33,549 bases of DNA from Fodinibius sp. GTDB lineage: Bacteria > Bacteroidota > Rhodothermia > Balneolales > Balneolaceae. The stretch's first letter is position 1. Each line of letters opens with the position of its first letter. The stretch spans positions 1-33,549 of the forward strand of contig JBEPWP010000001.1 in assembly GCA_041642355.1 (NCBI GenBank), written 5' to 3'. Positions 8,220-16,668 of this stretch are shown here, piece by piece. The notes below the pieces were generated by a model. It was given only the letters and a program-made list of their open reading frames with translations. It searched no databases and had not been told where the DNA came from. A program made the position numbers and the translations under genes.

Positions 8220-8711
8220 TATAATGCGTACTTGATGAGCCATCCCGCTATACCGATGAGCAGTAGCGAGGCCATGCTCCATCCGATGGTGCGATCAAAA
8301 TGAGTAATAGCCAATGCTGTGATCAATCCAATAATGAGGATAGTAAAATGTGCTGGGCTCGCTTGGACGGACGCATGATGCGGTTGAGTTCCAGTCGTTC
8401 ATCAAAGATTGTCAGCATGGGAAAGGCCGGCCACCATCCCACGATCGAGTAAATGGGGTTACCTTCCACAAATAGCAGGTTGCCTACTAACAGGGAAGCA
8501 GCACCCAGTGCCATAATTAAATGATAGATTTGTGGCTGTAGGTAGTACAGGTATCCATGAAGAGCGTAAGTCCTACCGATCCCAAGATCAGCGCACCGTT
8601 GGATGAGCCGGGAAGACCAATGAGTATCAAGATAGTAGAGGCGGCCATAAATACTGGGGCTATGTAGGCCCATTTGTGCTCAAGGGCGGCAGCGCGTTCG
8701 AGTCCAATAAG
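8220..8711 (-). pseudogene. Distal fragment of a disrupted NnrS-like membrane protein gene
   Basis: LIGLERAAAL...WAYIAP, then frameshifted WWPAFPMLTIFDERLELNR, then a third frame ...AGWLIKY; C-terminal part missing; left boundary approximate. Confidence 0.7.
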
Positions 8712-8897
8712 AATCGAACCCTGGTCCAAGATGGTCCTTAAAAATCAATAAGCCAGTTTTTCGCTCCATTTGTCAGTCAGTGCTAACACATTGTTAAACT
8801 AAAAGAGACGAATAATCATTACAAACTACGGAAAAAATAAGCATCTTATTTAAAAGTCCTATTTCTTCTATTAGCAACTGTTTACCTCGAAATTGAT

Positions 8898-8937
8898 AAA
8901 AAAAGTCCCAACCTACTTCTATAATAGATTGGGACTT
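8898..8937 (-). terminator. Intrinsic terminator of the lipoprotein gene
   Basis: AAGTCCCAA...TTGGGACTT stem with a U-run on the minus strand. Confidence 0.6.
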
Positions 8938-8967
8938 CTAAAATAGTACTCAAATAAGCCAAACATT

Positions 8968-9987
8968 TTATCGAAGCCAATATCCGAAAGGAGGATCAGG
9001 ACGGCCTACATAACACCTTTGAGTAAACCCATAAAATTGGATAGTGTCCCGGGCCTTTTTAGCATTTTCAAACTCATCAAAAAGCAGGAGCCAATTATCG
9101 CCATCTACCAGTTGCCATTGGTCTCCAGATTCTTCTATTTCTATGTTATCGGGGTCTAAACCAGTGCAGTCCTCTGTAAACGGAACATCATCTGTTTTTT
9201 CAGGTGGTGCTTGATTAACAAGCCAATAATCGAAAGGAGGATCAGGACGGCCTACAAAGCACCATTGAGTAAACCCATAAAATTGGATAATGTCCCGGGC
9301 CTTTTTAGCATTTTCAAGCTCATCAAAAAGAAGTAGCCAATTATCTCCATCCACCAGTCTCCATTGATCTCCAGATTCTTCTATTTCTATATTATCGGGA
9401 TCCAGTGGCCGACAGTCTTCTTCACCTTCTTCAAAAGGAGAACCCCACTCGAATGCAGCAGTGATCTCTTTAGGAGAGTCAATAGTTACCTGAACGGGAT
9501 TATCATTACCAGTAACATCATCTTGCCATTCAACAAATGTATGAGTATTTGCCGGCTCAGCTGTAAGTTCTACCACTGTTCCAGATTCATAATCTGTAGA
9601 TTTTTGTTGAACTATTTTTTCCTTTACTGAACCTTCCCCCTCAGTATATACATCAAGTGTATAATTTTTAATTTTAAAATTTGCGGTAATTGAGTAATCA
9701 TTATCAATGGTAATTGATAACGGATTATCAGAAGTACTATCTATATCCCCATTCCAATGCGTAAAATTAAATTCCTCAGCGGATTCTGCCTCCAGTGTTA
9801 ATTGGTTTCCCTCTTCAATAGTAGTATCAGAAAGAGTAACTGTTCCTCCTTCTGATGGTGATTGAGTAACTGTAACGTCATATAACTCAGTATTATCGCT
9901 GGCCGGAGTACTATCCTCATTATTATCACCGCATGAAATTACAGTTAATGCAAATAAGATGACTATCCCTAATACTAATTTTCTCAT
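8968..9987 (-). CDS. Lipoprotein with two InlB B-repeat-like domains and a duplicated C-terminal Cys-containing domain
   Basis: Lipobox TVISC; GGTV...LTLEA...F..W.GD...NP..ITID....ITANF twice; then two near-identical units. Confidence 0.8.
   Translation of the reverse strand: MRKLVLGIVILFALTVISCGDNNEDSTPASDNTELYDVTVTQSPSEGGTVTLSDTTIEEGNQLTLEAESAEEFNFTHWNGDIDSTSDNPLSITIDNDYSITANFKIKNYTLDVYTEGEGSVKEKIVQQKSTDYESGTVVELTAEPANTHTFVEWQDDVTGNDNPVQVTIDSPKEITAAFEWGSPFEEGEEDCRPLDPDNIEIEESGDQWRLVDGDNWLLLFDELENAKKARDIIQFYGFTQWCFVGRPDPPFDYWLVNQAPPEKTDDVPFTEDCTGLDPDNIEIEESGDQWQLVDGDNWLLLFDEFENAKKARDTIQFYGFTQRCYVGRPDPPFGYWLR
8974..9420 (-). repeat. Intragenic tandem duplication, 246-bp period
   Basis: CGAAAGGAGGATCAGGACGGCCTACA at 8985 and 9231; protein EDCxxLDPDNIEIEESGDQW...CxVGRPDPPFxYWL twice. 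Confidence 0.9.
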
Positions 9988-10306
9988 CTATTTAATTTTT
10001 TAAGTTATCATTGATGAATTATTTATAATCGAAAAGACTATTAAATCAATTAAAAAACCCAATATCAAATACTTACCAAATCACCTATTGAAAAACTAAA
10101 TCTTAATGTCAATTGAGATCAATTTTTCTTAGGCATCGTGACAGAGAGTATAAAAAAGAAGGAATCAAGACTATTACTTTTTGTGTGTGGGGGGGGATAA
10201 AATTAATTGGTATAACCAATGATTATGAGAGTATTGTTAAAATGTTGGAAGAAGCAGAGCGTAGTCCAAAAATCAGTTATGACCTGAAAAGTATATAGAG
10301 AAGTGG

Positions 10307-10477
10307 GGTGCCCAAAAAACCATTGATCATTAGAGGTCCATGAGCGATAGATGATATTGTTGGATTTTCGGAAGCGAGCAATCCCAAGCGGACTAAACCG
10401 GAATACAGTCCGGTAAGTAATCCTGCGCCCGCCAAAATAAGCAGTCCCACAAGTACAGATGTTGGTACTTTGTTCAT
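10307..10477 (-). pseudogene. 5' fragment of the disrupted NnrS-like membrane protein gene
   Basis: GLYSGLVRLG...HGPLMINGFLGT ends at the insert junction. Confidence 0.75.
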
Positions 10478-10489
10478 ATTCTGGAGTAA

Positions 10490-10816
10490 TTATATACGTT
10501 GTTGGGGTGGGGGATGAGCAAAAAACTCAACATCATCTTTGATCATATCTACATTCCACTCCGGCTCCCAGACCAGTTTTGCCTCATATTCTTCAATTCC
10601 ATCTATTGCCTCCAGTGTTTTTTCGATCTCTTGCCGCAGGTATCGGCGCATGGGACAGCCCGGCGTGGTAACGGTATATTCAAGCACCACCTTGCCATCG
10701 TCAATCAAGATGTTATATACCAGTCCCAAATCAACGATGTTGACCCCTAGCTCGGGATCAATGACATCGCGGAGCTGCCGGACTATCGTGCGCCTGTCTA
10801 TGGGAGTAGAATTCAT
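10490..10816 (-). CDS. Metal-sulfur cluster assembly factor (DUF59/SufT/PaaD-like)
   Basis: LRDVIDPELGVNIVDLGLVY...TVTTPGCPM...LVWEPEW. Confidence 0.92.
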   Translation of the reverse strand: MNSTPIDRRTIVRQLRDVIDPELGVNIVDLGLVYNILIDDGKVVLEYTVTTPGCPMRRYLRQEIEKTLEAIDGIEEYEAKLVWEPEWNVDMIKDDVEFFAHPPPQQRI

Positions 10817-10822
10817 AATTTA

Positions 10823-11068
10823 TTACTCAGCCGTTTTGCCGATATGTACTTTCCAGATTTCGGGACCTTCTTCAAGGTAATCCCAACTGAAGCTATCCTG
10901 TCCGTGCATGGCTGCCATTTGATAGCGCAGCGGTTTGGGATCATGGTCGTTGATAATGATAAAAGCTTCGCCCTCATCAAGCTCATCGTAGGTATCAAAA
11001 ATCGTTGCATGCTTTTTGTGCGGGGGAATTTTACGAACATCGATTTTTTCTACAGTATCAGGCATCAT
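10823..11068 (-). CDS. DUF2249 single-domain protein
   Basis: IDVRKIPP..KH..IF...L..GEAF.IINDHDPKPLRYQ...F.W.YLEEGP..W.V.I. Confidence 0.88.
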   Translation of the reverse strand: MMPDTVEKIDVRKIPPHKKHATIFDTYDELDEGEAFIIINDHDPKPLRYQMAAMHGQDSFSWDYLEEGPEIWKVHIGKTAE

Positions 11069-11077
11069 TTTAGGATT

Positions 11078-11148
11078 TTGTTAATAGTTATTTGTTATTT
11101 GTTATTGGTTACTGAGACATCTAAATAACGAATCACAAATAACCATTA
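11078..11148. repeat. Inverted heptamer tandem repeats
   Basis: TTGTTAA TAGTTAT TTGTTAT TTGTTAT TGGTTAC ... ATAACGA ATCACAA ATAACCA. Confidence 0.65.
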
Positions 11149-11496
11149 CACGGCTTTTTCTTCCCAGTTTTCAATAAGGTTTTCGCGTTTTTCTTCTTTG
11201 TCGCTCCACTGATCAACATTGGGTAGTGCTTCTTTGGCTTGGTTGATGACGTGGTCGGCCCATTCTTCAGAAAGTCGTTCATTTAATTCGATATAATTTT
11301 CCCATTGCATCGGCACCTCATCGTCCGGAAAAATAGCCTCTTCGGGACATTCAGCTACGCAGGCATCACAGTCAATACACTCAATGGGATCGATTACCAA
11401 AAAATTGGGACCTTCTCGAAAGGCATCAACCGGACAAACGGCTGCACAGTTGGTGTGTTTACATTGGATACATGGATCGGTTACAACGTACGCCAT
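11146..11496 (-). CDS. fdxA: 7Fe ([3Fe-4S]+[4Fe-4S]) ferredoxin, FdxA type
   Basis: CIQCKHTNCAAVCPVD...IDPIECIDCDACVAECPEEAIF with the FdxA-type C-terminal extension. Confidence 0.88.
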   Translation of the reverse strand: MAYVVTDPCIQCKHTNCAAVCPVDAFREGPNFLVIDPIECIDCDACVAECPEEAIFPDDEVPMQWENYIELNERLSEEWADHVINQAKEALPNVDQWSDKEEKRENLIENWEEKAV

Positions 11497-11566
11497 TACT
11501 GCTAAAAACTACTCGATTTTGATTGCTTCTCTTCAAAGGTAGGAGTCCCTAAAATGAATACCAATT

Positions 11567-11592
11567 ATAAAAACGGTTTAAACCAATTTTAT
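11567..11592. promoter_or_regulatory. 26-bp palindrome in the divergent fdxA / RIC-like promoter region
   Basis: ATAAAAACGGTTT|AAACCAATTTTAT, 11 of 13 pairs; a TACCTTTG (-7-like) element lies at 11534-11541 on the minus strand. Confidence 0.5.
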
Positions 11593-11649
11593 TGATTTAT
11601 CATGCCATTCTTCGTACCTTGATTAACCAAGAATCTAAACCATCAAAGT

Positions 11650-12411
11650 GTGATGATTATGGAAAAGGTACGAGAAGAGCTAACACCAGAAGCAACGATT
11701 CAACAAATCATTGATACCCACCGTGAGGCTGAGGGGCTGTTGTCTTCAATAGGATTGCAACCGTCACAACACAGCGAAGAAACCCTGCGGTCAGTCTGTC
11801 AACAGCGTACATGGAGTGAAGTAGAAGTCCTCGAGTGGTTAAAGAAACACAGTTCAACAACAGATGGAGAGGCTTTGAATAATAGCGAAGGGGTAGTTCC
11901 TGATAAAGATGCTCCCCTGACGAAATGGACAACATACCTGGAAGAATCGTTTATCCGGCCCATTCAATCTCTTTTGGAGGAGATAGACGAAAATTTCCCT
12001 CGCATTCGCAAAATACACGGAAATCAGTATTTGTGGCTTAAGACGATGAAGTGGTCTTATGACAAATTCCGGGAAGCACTCAGCATGTATTATACCTTTG
12101 AACAGGAAAAGTTTTTCCCACTTATCAAACAGCTCAAAAATAATAGTAATAACAATCTGAACCACGGGACGATCCAAAAATTAGAGAGATCATTTGACGT
12201 AATTGAACGAGATCAGCGTCGTCTGCGAAATTTGATGAAGAACGTTCAAGAAAAAGGGAATAAGTTTGAAAATCCCGGGAATTCGTGCTCAACATTCCGT
12301 ATTCAGAATGAAAATCTTAAAATCTTGTTTTCCCAATTAGAGAATCAGTTTGAAGTGGAGGAAGATCAGCTTTTGGCCCGTATAAAAGAAGAGATAAAAG
12401 CCAAAAGGTAA
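11650..12411 (+). CDS. RIC/YtfE-like (ScdA_N plus hemerythrin-fold) protein, degenerate
   Basis: TIQQII...LSSIGL...ETLRSVC, KIHG, E.EKFFP, F..P.NSCSTFR architecture; His ligands absent; start codon uncertain. Confidence 0.7.
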   Translation: MMIMEKVREELTPEATIQQIIDTHREAEGLLSSIGLQPSQHSEETLRSVCQQRTWSEVEVLEWLKKHSSTTDGEALNNSEGVVPDKDAPLTKWTTYLEESFIRPIQSLLEEIDENFPRIRKIHGNQYLWLKTMKWSYDKFREALSMYYTFEQEKFFPLIKQLKNNSNNNLNHGTIQKLERSFDVIERDQRRLRNLMKNVQEKGNKFENPGNSCSTFRIQNENLKILFSQLENQFEVEEDQLLARIKEEIKAKR

Positions 12412-12456
12412 CACAACAACTTATCACGGGATAGACCCAAATTAATAAAGACTATC

Positions 12457-13086
12457 ATGTTTATTGGTACAAAAAAGGAGATTATTGATTCGATTAAACG
12501 CAGGGGAACTCTTTCTATTGATGAGGCTGTGAAGGAGATTGATCTGGCTAAAACGACTCTGCGTGAACACTTTCTGCAGTTGGAACGCGATGGATATGTA
12601 GAACGAGATTATGTGCGTTCAGGGCCGGGTCGTCCCAGCCTGCAGTATCAGTTGACCTCAAAAGGGAATAGCTTGTTTCCTTCGTCGGAATCCAAGCTGA
12701 TTCGCAATATTATTCAGTACCTAAAGGAGAAAGGAAATGAGCAGTTGGTGGAAGATTTTTTTGAGGATTTTTGGGATCAGCGTCTGAAAGAAGCTCAAGA
12801 TCGGATCAAGGAATCATTGGCCGAAGATCCGGAATCTAAAATTAAGATATTAATGCAGATGCTGGAAGAGGAGGGGTTTATGCCGGAGCTCGATTTTGAC
12901 AAAAGTTGTGAATCGCTGACGGTAAGGGAGTGTAATTGTCCCTTTAGCGAAGTAGTGAAAGAGACCCGCCTGCCATGTAAACTCGAAGAGATGTTTTATA
13001 AGAAATTATTTAACGAGAATGCAGAGCGGACCAGCTACATCGCTGATGGCGATTACTCATGTACTTATGATATTAAAATCAACTAG
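12457..13086 (+). CDS. SufR-like HTH transcriptional regulator with Cys-rich C-terminal domain
   Basis: wHTH (TTLREHF..LE.DG.V...GPGRP...Y.LT..G...FP); CNCPF..V......C..E......YIADGD..C. Confidence 0.82.
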   Translation: MFIGTKKEIIDSIKRRGTLSIDEAVKEIDLAKTTLREHFLQLERDGYVERDYVRSGPGRPSLQYQLTSKGNSLFPSSESKLIRNIIQYLKEKGNEQLVEDFFEDFWDQRLKEAQDRIKESLAEDPESKIKILMQMLEEEGFMPELDFDKSCESLTVRECNCPFSEVVKETRLPCKLEEMFYKKLFNENAERTSYIADGDYSCTYDIKIN

Positions 13087-13244
13087 ATATCGTGAGAGGA
13101 AGAGTAAAAAGAGGTTGTTTTACTTTCATAAAACCCAGTATAGAAAGGAATACTATAAAGATAGATTTCCGATAATTTATGAATCAATTATAAACATAAA
13201 ATGTTATATCTATCTCTAATAAACTGTAATTAACCTATAGTAAG

Positions 13245-13658
13245 ATGAGTAATAATAAAATAGTAAAAGCACTAAATGATCAATTGAATAGAGAAGTTTC
13301 AACCTTTTTACGTTACATGCTTCAGGCTGCTTCAATAAAAGGAGCTGAATATGAGAGTGTTCGCGAAATGTATCTTGAGGAGGTTATGGATGAGGTAAAA
13401 CATGCACAGTACTTAGCAAATCAAATTGAAATGCTTGGTGGAACGCCTGAACTCAAACCAGATCTTTCTGCTCCGCCCAGAGATGTTAACGAAATGCTTA
13501 AGAATGATGCTGAGGAAGAGAAAAAAGATGTGCAAAATTACAAGCATCTGGCTGAATTGGCAGAAGATAAAGACCTCTTGTCTCTAAAGATGAATATGGA
13601 GGATCAGGGTGCTGAAGAAGATGAACATGGGCATGAAATGCAAAGGTTGCTGGGGTGA
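13245..13658 (+). CDS. Ferritin/bacterioferritin-like di-iron protein
   Basis: LN.QL..E....Y...DEVKHAQYLA.QI.MLGG.P...E....Y...EEDEH. Confidence 0.8.
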   Translation: MSNNKIVKALNDQLNREVSTFLRYMLQAASIKGAEYESVREMYLEEVMDEVKHAQYLANQIEMLGGTPELKPDLSAPPRDVNEMLKNDAEEEKKDVQNYKHLAELAEDKDLLSLKMNMEDQGAEEDEHGHEMQRLLG

Positions 13659-13695
13659 TTTTTAGCTGAAAAAAATAATTAAACGGGGTAGCGTT

Positions 13696-14028
13696 ATGAT
13701 TGTTCACGATTTAGCAACATTTATTGATAGTTCATCTCACGGTGATTTATCTGAGAAGTCTATAAAACAGCTTAAAATAAGGCTACTTGATTCACTGGGT
13801 ACAGCTATTGGGGCCGTCGAAGGCAAGCCGGTGCAGGCTATTCGAACAATGCTGGATGATTTTGGCGGCTCGCAGCAGGGCACGCTTATTGGTGGTGAAA
13901 GAACCACGCCCGACCGAGCGGCTTTTTATAACAGTGGACTGATTCGCTACCTCGATTTTAATGACAGCTATCTGGCCAAAGGGGGGACGTGTCATTCGAG
14001 TAATAATATTGGATCTATTCTATCATAA
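13696..14028 (+). pseudogene. Truncated MmgE/PrpD-family gene (N-terminal 110 aa)
   Basis: LLDSLGTAIGA...RAAFYN..LIRYLDFNDSYL.....CH.SNNI then stop; no continuation before the next gene. Confidence 0.8.
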
Positions 14029-14042
14029 TCTAAATTAAAATA

Positions 14043-14779
14043 ATGTTTAAAAAGCAGTTCGACTTACGATATTTCGAGATGGGGCAGCATGGAGAAGCAA
14101 CTCCTGCAACCATTTTAACGCTGCTGGAAGAAGCTGCAGCCGACCATTGCTTGTCTATCGGGTTAAGCCTGTATGATCTGCTTGAAAAAGGTATCGGGTG
14201 GGTTCTCCTGTCCGGACGTATGGTGATGGAACGCTATCCTGAATACAAAGAAAAAATTGCTATTAAAACCTGGTTATCTAACATGCGAACGTTTAGAGGT
14301 ACCAGAGAAAATATAATTTATGACGAGCAGGGTAAGGTTATAGGAAGAGCTAAAGGCTTCTGGTTATTTTCGATATAGAAAAAAGAAGGCCCGCTCGGAT
14401 TTATGATAAAATACTACAAAGATGGGATAACAATCCCGAAGAAAGTATCGAAGTGGATAGCACTGAAGTTGAAGTTCTTGATTCGGCCACATACCGCAAT
14501 GAATTTTTCATTCGCCGTTTTGATATGGATTCAAATGAGCACGTAAATAACTTGCGATATTTGCAATGGGCCATAGAATCGATACCCGATGATATTATAG
14601 AAAACTGTTATTTGCATGCTATCGACGGCAATTTCTTGGGAGAAGCGCAATATGGCCATGCCATTGAATCTTTGGCTGAGCCCGTAGATTCTAAAAGAAC
14701 ATTTCTTCACACTATTAGAGATATAGAGAATAATAAAGTTTGTTCTTCTGCCAGAACTGTCTGGAAAGGTCATAAATGA
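14043..14779 (+). pseudogene. Acyl-ACP thioesterase (FatA-like) split by one frameshift
   Basis: One T missing in the run at 14367-14370; adding it gives W-L-F-F-D-I-E-K-R-R-P-A-R-I in frame with DMDSNEHVNNLRYLQW. Confidence 0.8.
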
Positions 14780-14799
14780 GGTGTGAAACAGGGTTAATT

Positions 14800-15162
14800 A
14801 TGAGTACCAAGCAATTTGGTATTAAACGTATTTACAAAGATCCTTCACGGAATGACGGCTATCGCGTGCTGATAGACAGATTGTGGCCGCGTGGCGTATC
14901 TAAAGAAGAGGCTCGGCTGGATGAATGGCTCAAAGAAATTGCTCCCTCTACCAAATTACGCAAGTGGTTTAATCACGAACCCGGTAAATTTGATGAGTTT
15001 ACGAGGCGATACAAAGGAGAGCTGACTAATAGGGAGAAAGAAGTAAAACATTTGTTTGAAGTTACTGCAGTAAATCAGCAGGTAACATTACTATATGCGG
15101 CGAAAGATGAGGAGCATAATCATGCGCTCGTACTAAAAGAATTCTTAGAAGAACAGATTTAA
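14800..15162 (+). CDS. DUF488 (YeaO-like) protein
   Basis: IKRIY....DGYRVLIDRLWPRGVSKE...DEWLKEIAPS..LRKWF.H...HNHA.VL. Confidence 0.92.
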   Translation: MSTKQFGIKRIYKDPSRNDGYRVLIDRLWPRGVSKEEARLDEWLKEIAPSTKLRKWFNHEPGKFDEFTRRYKGELTNREKEVKHLFEVTAVNQQVTLLYAAKDEEHNHALVLKEFLEEQI

Positions 15163-15180
15163 TAAAACGTAAACATAGAT

Positions 15181-15927
15181 ATGCAAGGAACAGAACAAGA
15201 ACTCGATGTTCGCTCGTTAATCCCCATTAAAAGACACGAAAAGCTGTTGAAGCTCTTTAAGAATCTGCCTGCTGGTGACAGTTTCATTTTTATTAACGAC
15301 CACGATCCCAAGCCGCTGTATTATGAATTTCGCTCGATTTATGGTGATGTCGTTGGCTGGGAATATCTGCAGCACGATCCCGAGGAATGGAAGGTGCGCG
15401 TAACCCGAACTGAGTCGTCGGAGGGACGTGAATTTAAGGATATATCAACATTGATGGATCTAAGGGAAACAGATCCCAAAGACTGGAAATACGCTGTATT
15501 TCACCGCTACGGGATGATGCTGAAAGGAGACACGATGGAAATTATATCCGAGAAAGATCCCGAAGAAATCCGCCGGATTTTCAAGAAAAAGTTTGACGAA
15601 GAGCATACGTGGACATATAAGAAAGATCTGCCCGGGGAATATGTGATTCACGTGACCAAAAAAGCGGAAACCGATCCCGCCTTGGAGGATGTATCCATTG
15701 TCAATTCATTTGACGTACGACCCCATCCGCCGGCCAAGCGTCACGATATGGTGTTCGATGCCTTTGATGAGCTGAAACCCGGCGAAGCATTTGTGTTTAT
15801 CAATGATCACGATCCCAAGCCGCTCTACTACCAGATGGAGGCCGAAAGCGACGAACTATTTAAGTGGGAATATCTCGAAACCATGCCCAAGGAGTGGAAG
15901 GTGAAGGTGATGAAATTAGATGAGTAA
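15181..15927 (+). CDS. Triple DUF2249-domain protein
   Basis: NDHDPKPLYY in repeats 1 and 3; degenerate central repeat (SEKDPEEI). Confidence 0.85.
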   Translation: MQGTEQELDVRSLIPIKRHEKLLKLFKNLPAGDSFIFINDHDPKPLYYEFRSIYGDVVGWEYLQHDPEEWKVRVTRTESSEGREFKDISTLMDLRETDPKDWKYAVFHRYGMMLKGDTMEIISEKDPEEIRRIFKKKFDEEHTWTYKKDLPGEYVIHVTKKAETDPALEDVSIVNSFDVRPHPPAKRHDMVFDAFDELKPGEAFVFINDHDPKPLYYQMEAESDELFKWEYLETMPKEWKVKVMKLDE

Positions 15928-16016
15928 AAAACAAGTTAAGTTGTTAAAAGAGAGTTCAATGGCTTAAATTGTCTGTGTTCGATACTCGCTAAATGAAAGT
16001 TAAAAGAGGAGAGAGC

Positions 16017-16643
16017 ATGGAAAAAGAGTTTACCGCGCGAATTGTTGGCTTGGATGAAGTTTACGAGATGGCTTATAAAATATCTCGTAAAATTTCGGAC
16101 TCTTCCATTCAGTTTGATACGGTAGTTGGGATTTCGCGCGGCGGTTTTGCTCCGGCGCGCTTGGTGTGCGACTTTTTGAATATTAAGACGCTTACCGCCG
16201 TACAGATAAGGCATTATACCGCCGGTGCCGAGGCAAAAGAAGAAGTCGAAATTACCGATCGGATTGATATTGATCTGGAAGGAAAAAATGTACTGGTCGT
16301 CGATGACGTTAACGATTCCGGCAAAACCCTGAAGGCGGCTGTTCAGCATATCCAAACAAAAGAAGCCGCAACGGTTAAGACAGCTGTTTTGCATGAAAAG
16401 GAGAATACGTCTTTGAACGCAGATTTTGCTGGGTCGTATCTAACGGAATGGAAGTGGCTTATATACCAGTGGGCTGTTACAGAAGACCTGTTAGAATTTT
16501 TGAGCAAGAATAATATGTTATCAGCCGATAGGGAACAGATGCTGAAGCACCTTTCAGATAAATATGATCTCGATGTGAAAAAAGAACTCCTGGAAAAAGT
16601 GCTTGCGATGAAAAACAATTACTTTGATAACGGCCTATCATGA
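16017..16643 (+). CDS. Type I phosphoribosyltransferase (HPRT/XGPRT-like)
   Basis: VVGISRGG..PAR, PRPP motif VLVVDDVNDSGKTL; GAGGAG precedes ATG 16017. Confidence 0.88.
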   Translation: MEKEFTARIVGLDEVYEMAYKISRKISDSSIQFDTVVGISRGGFAPARLVCDFLNIKTLTAVQIRHYTAGAEAKEEVEITDRIDIDLEGKNVLVVDDVNDSGKTLKAAVQHIQTKEAATVKTAVLHEKENTSLNADFAGSYLTEWKWLIYQWAVTEDLLEFLSKNNMLSADREQMLKHLSDKYDLDVKKELLEKVLAMKNNYFDNGLS

Positions 16644-16668
16644 TATTCTCCATTAAAAATAACAAACC

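Larger units (their letters stand above)
8712..10306. mobile_element. About 1.6-kb AT-rich inserted islet splitting the NnrS-like gene (no integrase or transposase)
   Basis: Removing it restores in-frame HGPLMINGFLGT|LIGLERAAAL; visibly more AT-rich than the flanks; ends resemble pieces of a tmRNA 3' end. Confidence 0.65.

Noticed and set aside
8323-8729. Two separate ORFs (116 aa and 70 aa)
   Set aside because: Frameshifted pieces of one pseudogene
8712-8730. GGTTCGATTC T-loop suggesting a tRNA or tmRNA gene
   Set aside because: No closing T-stem, acceptor stem or upstream body; at most an att-like remnant
8974-9420. Direct repeats as a possible CRISPR array or DGR template/variable pair
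   Set aside because: Only two in-frame coding copies with no spacers; differences are not restricted to adenines; no cas or reverse transcriptase gene in the window
10113-10298. 61-aa ORF inside the insert
   Set aside because: TTG start, no recognisable motif, overlaps the junction region; possibly a remnant
11592-11630. TTGAT half-sites as FNR/DNR boxes
   Set aside because: None has the TTGAT-N4-ATCAA spacing
15936-16394. 152-aa minus-strand ORF and the many other antisense ORFs within large genes
   Set aside because: Overlap well-supported genes on the opposite strand or in another frame and show no family motifs
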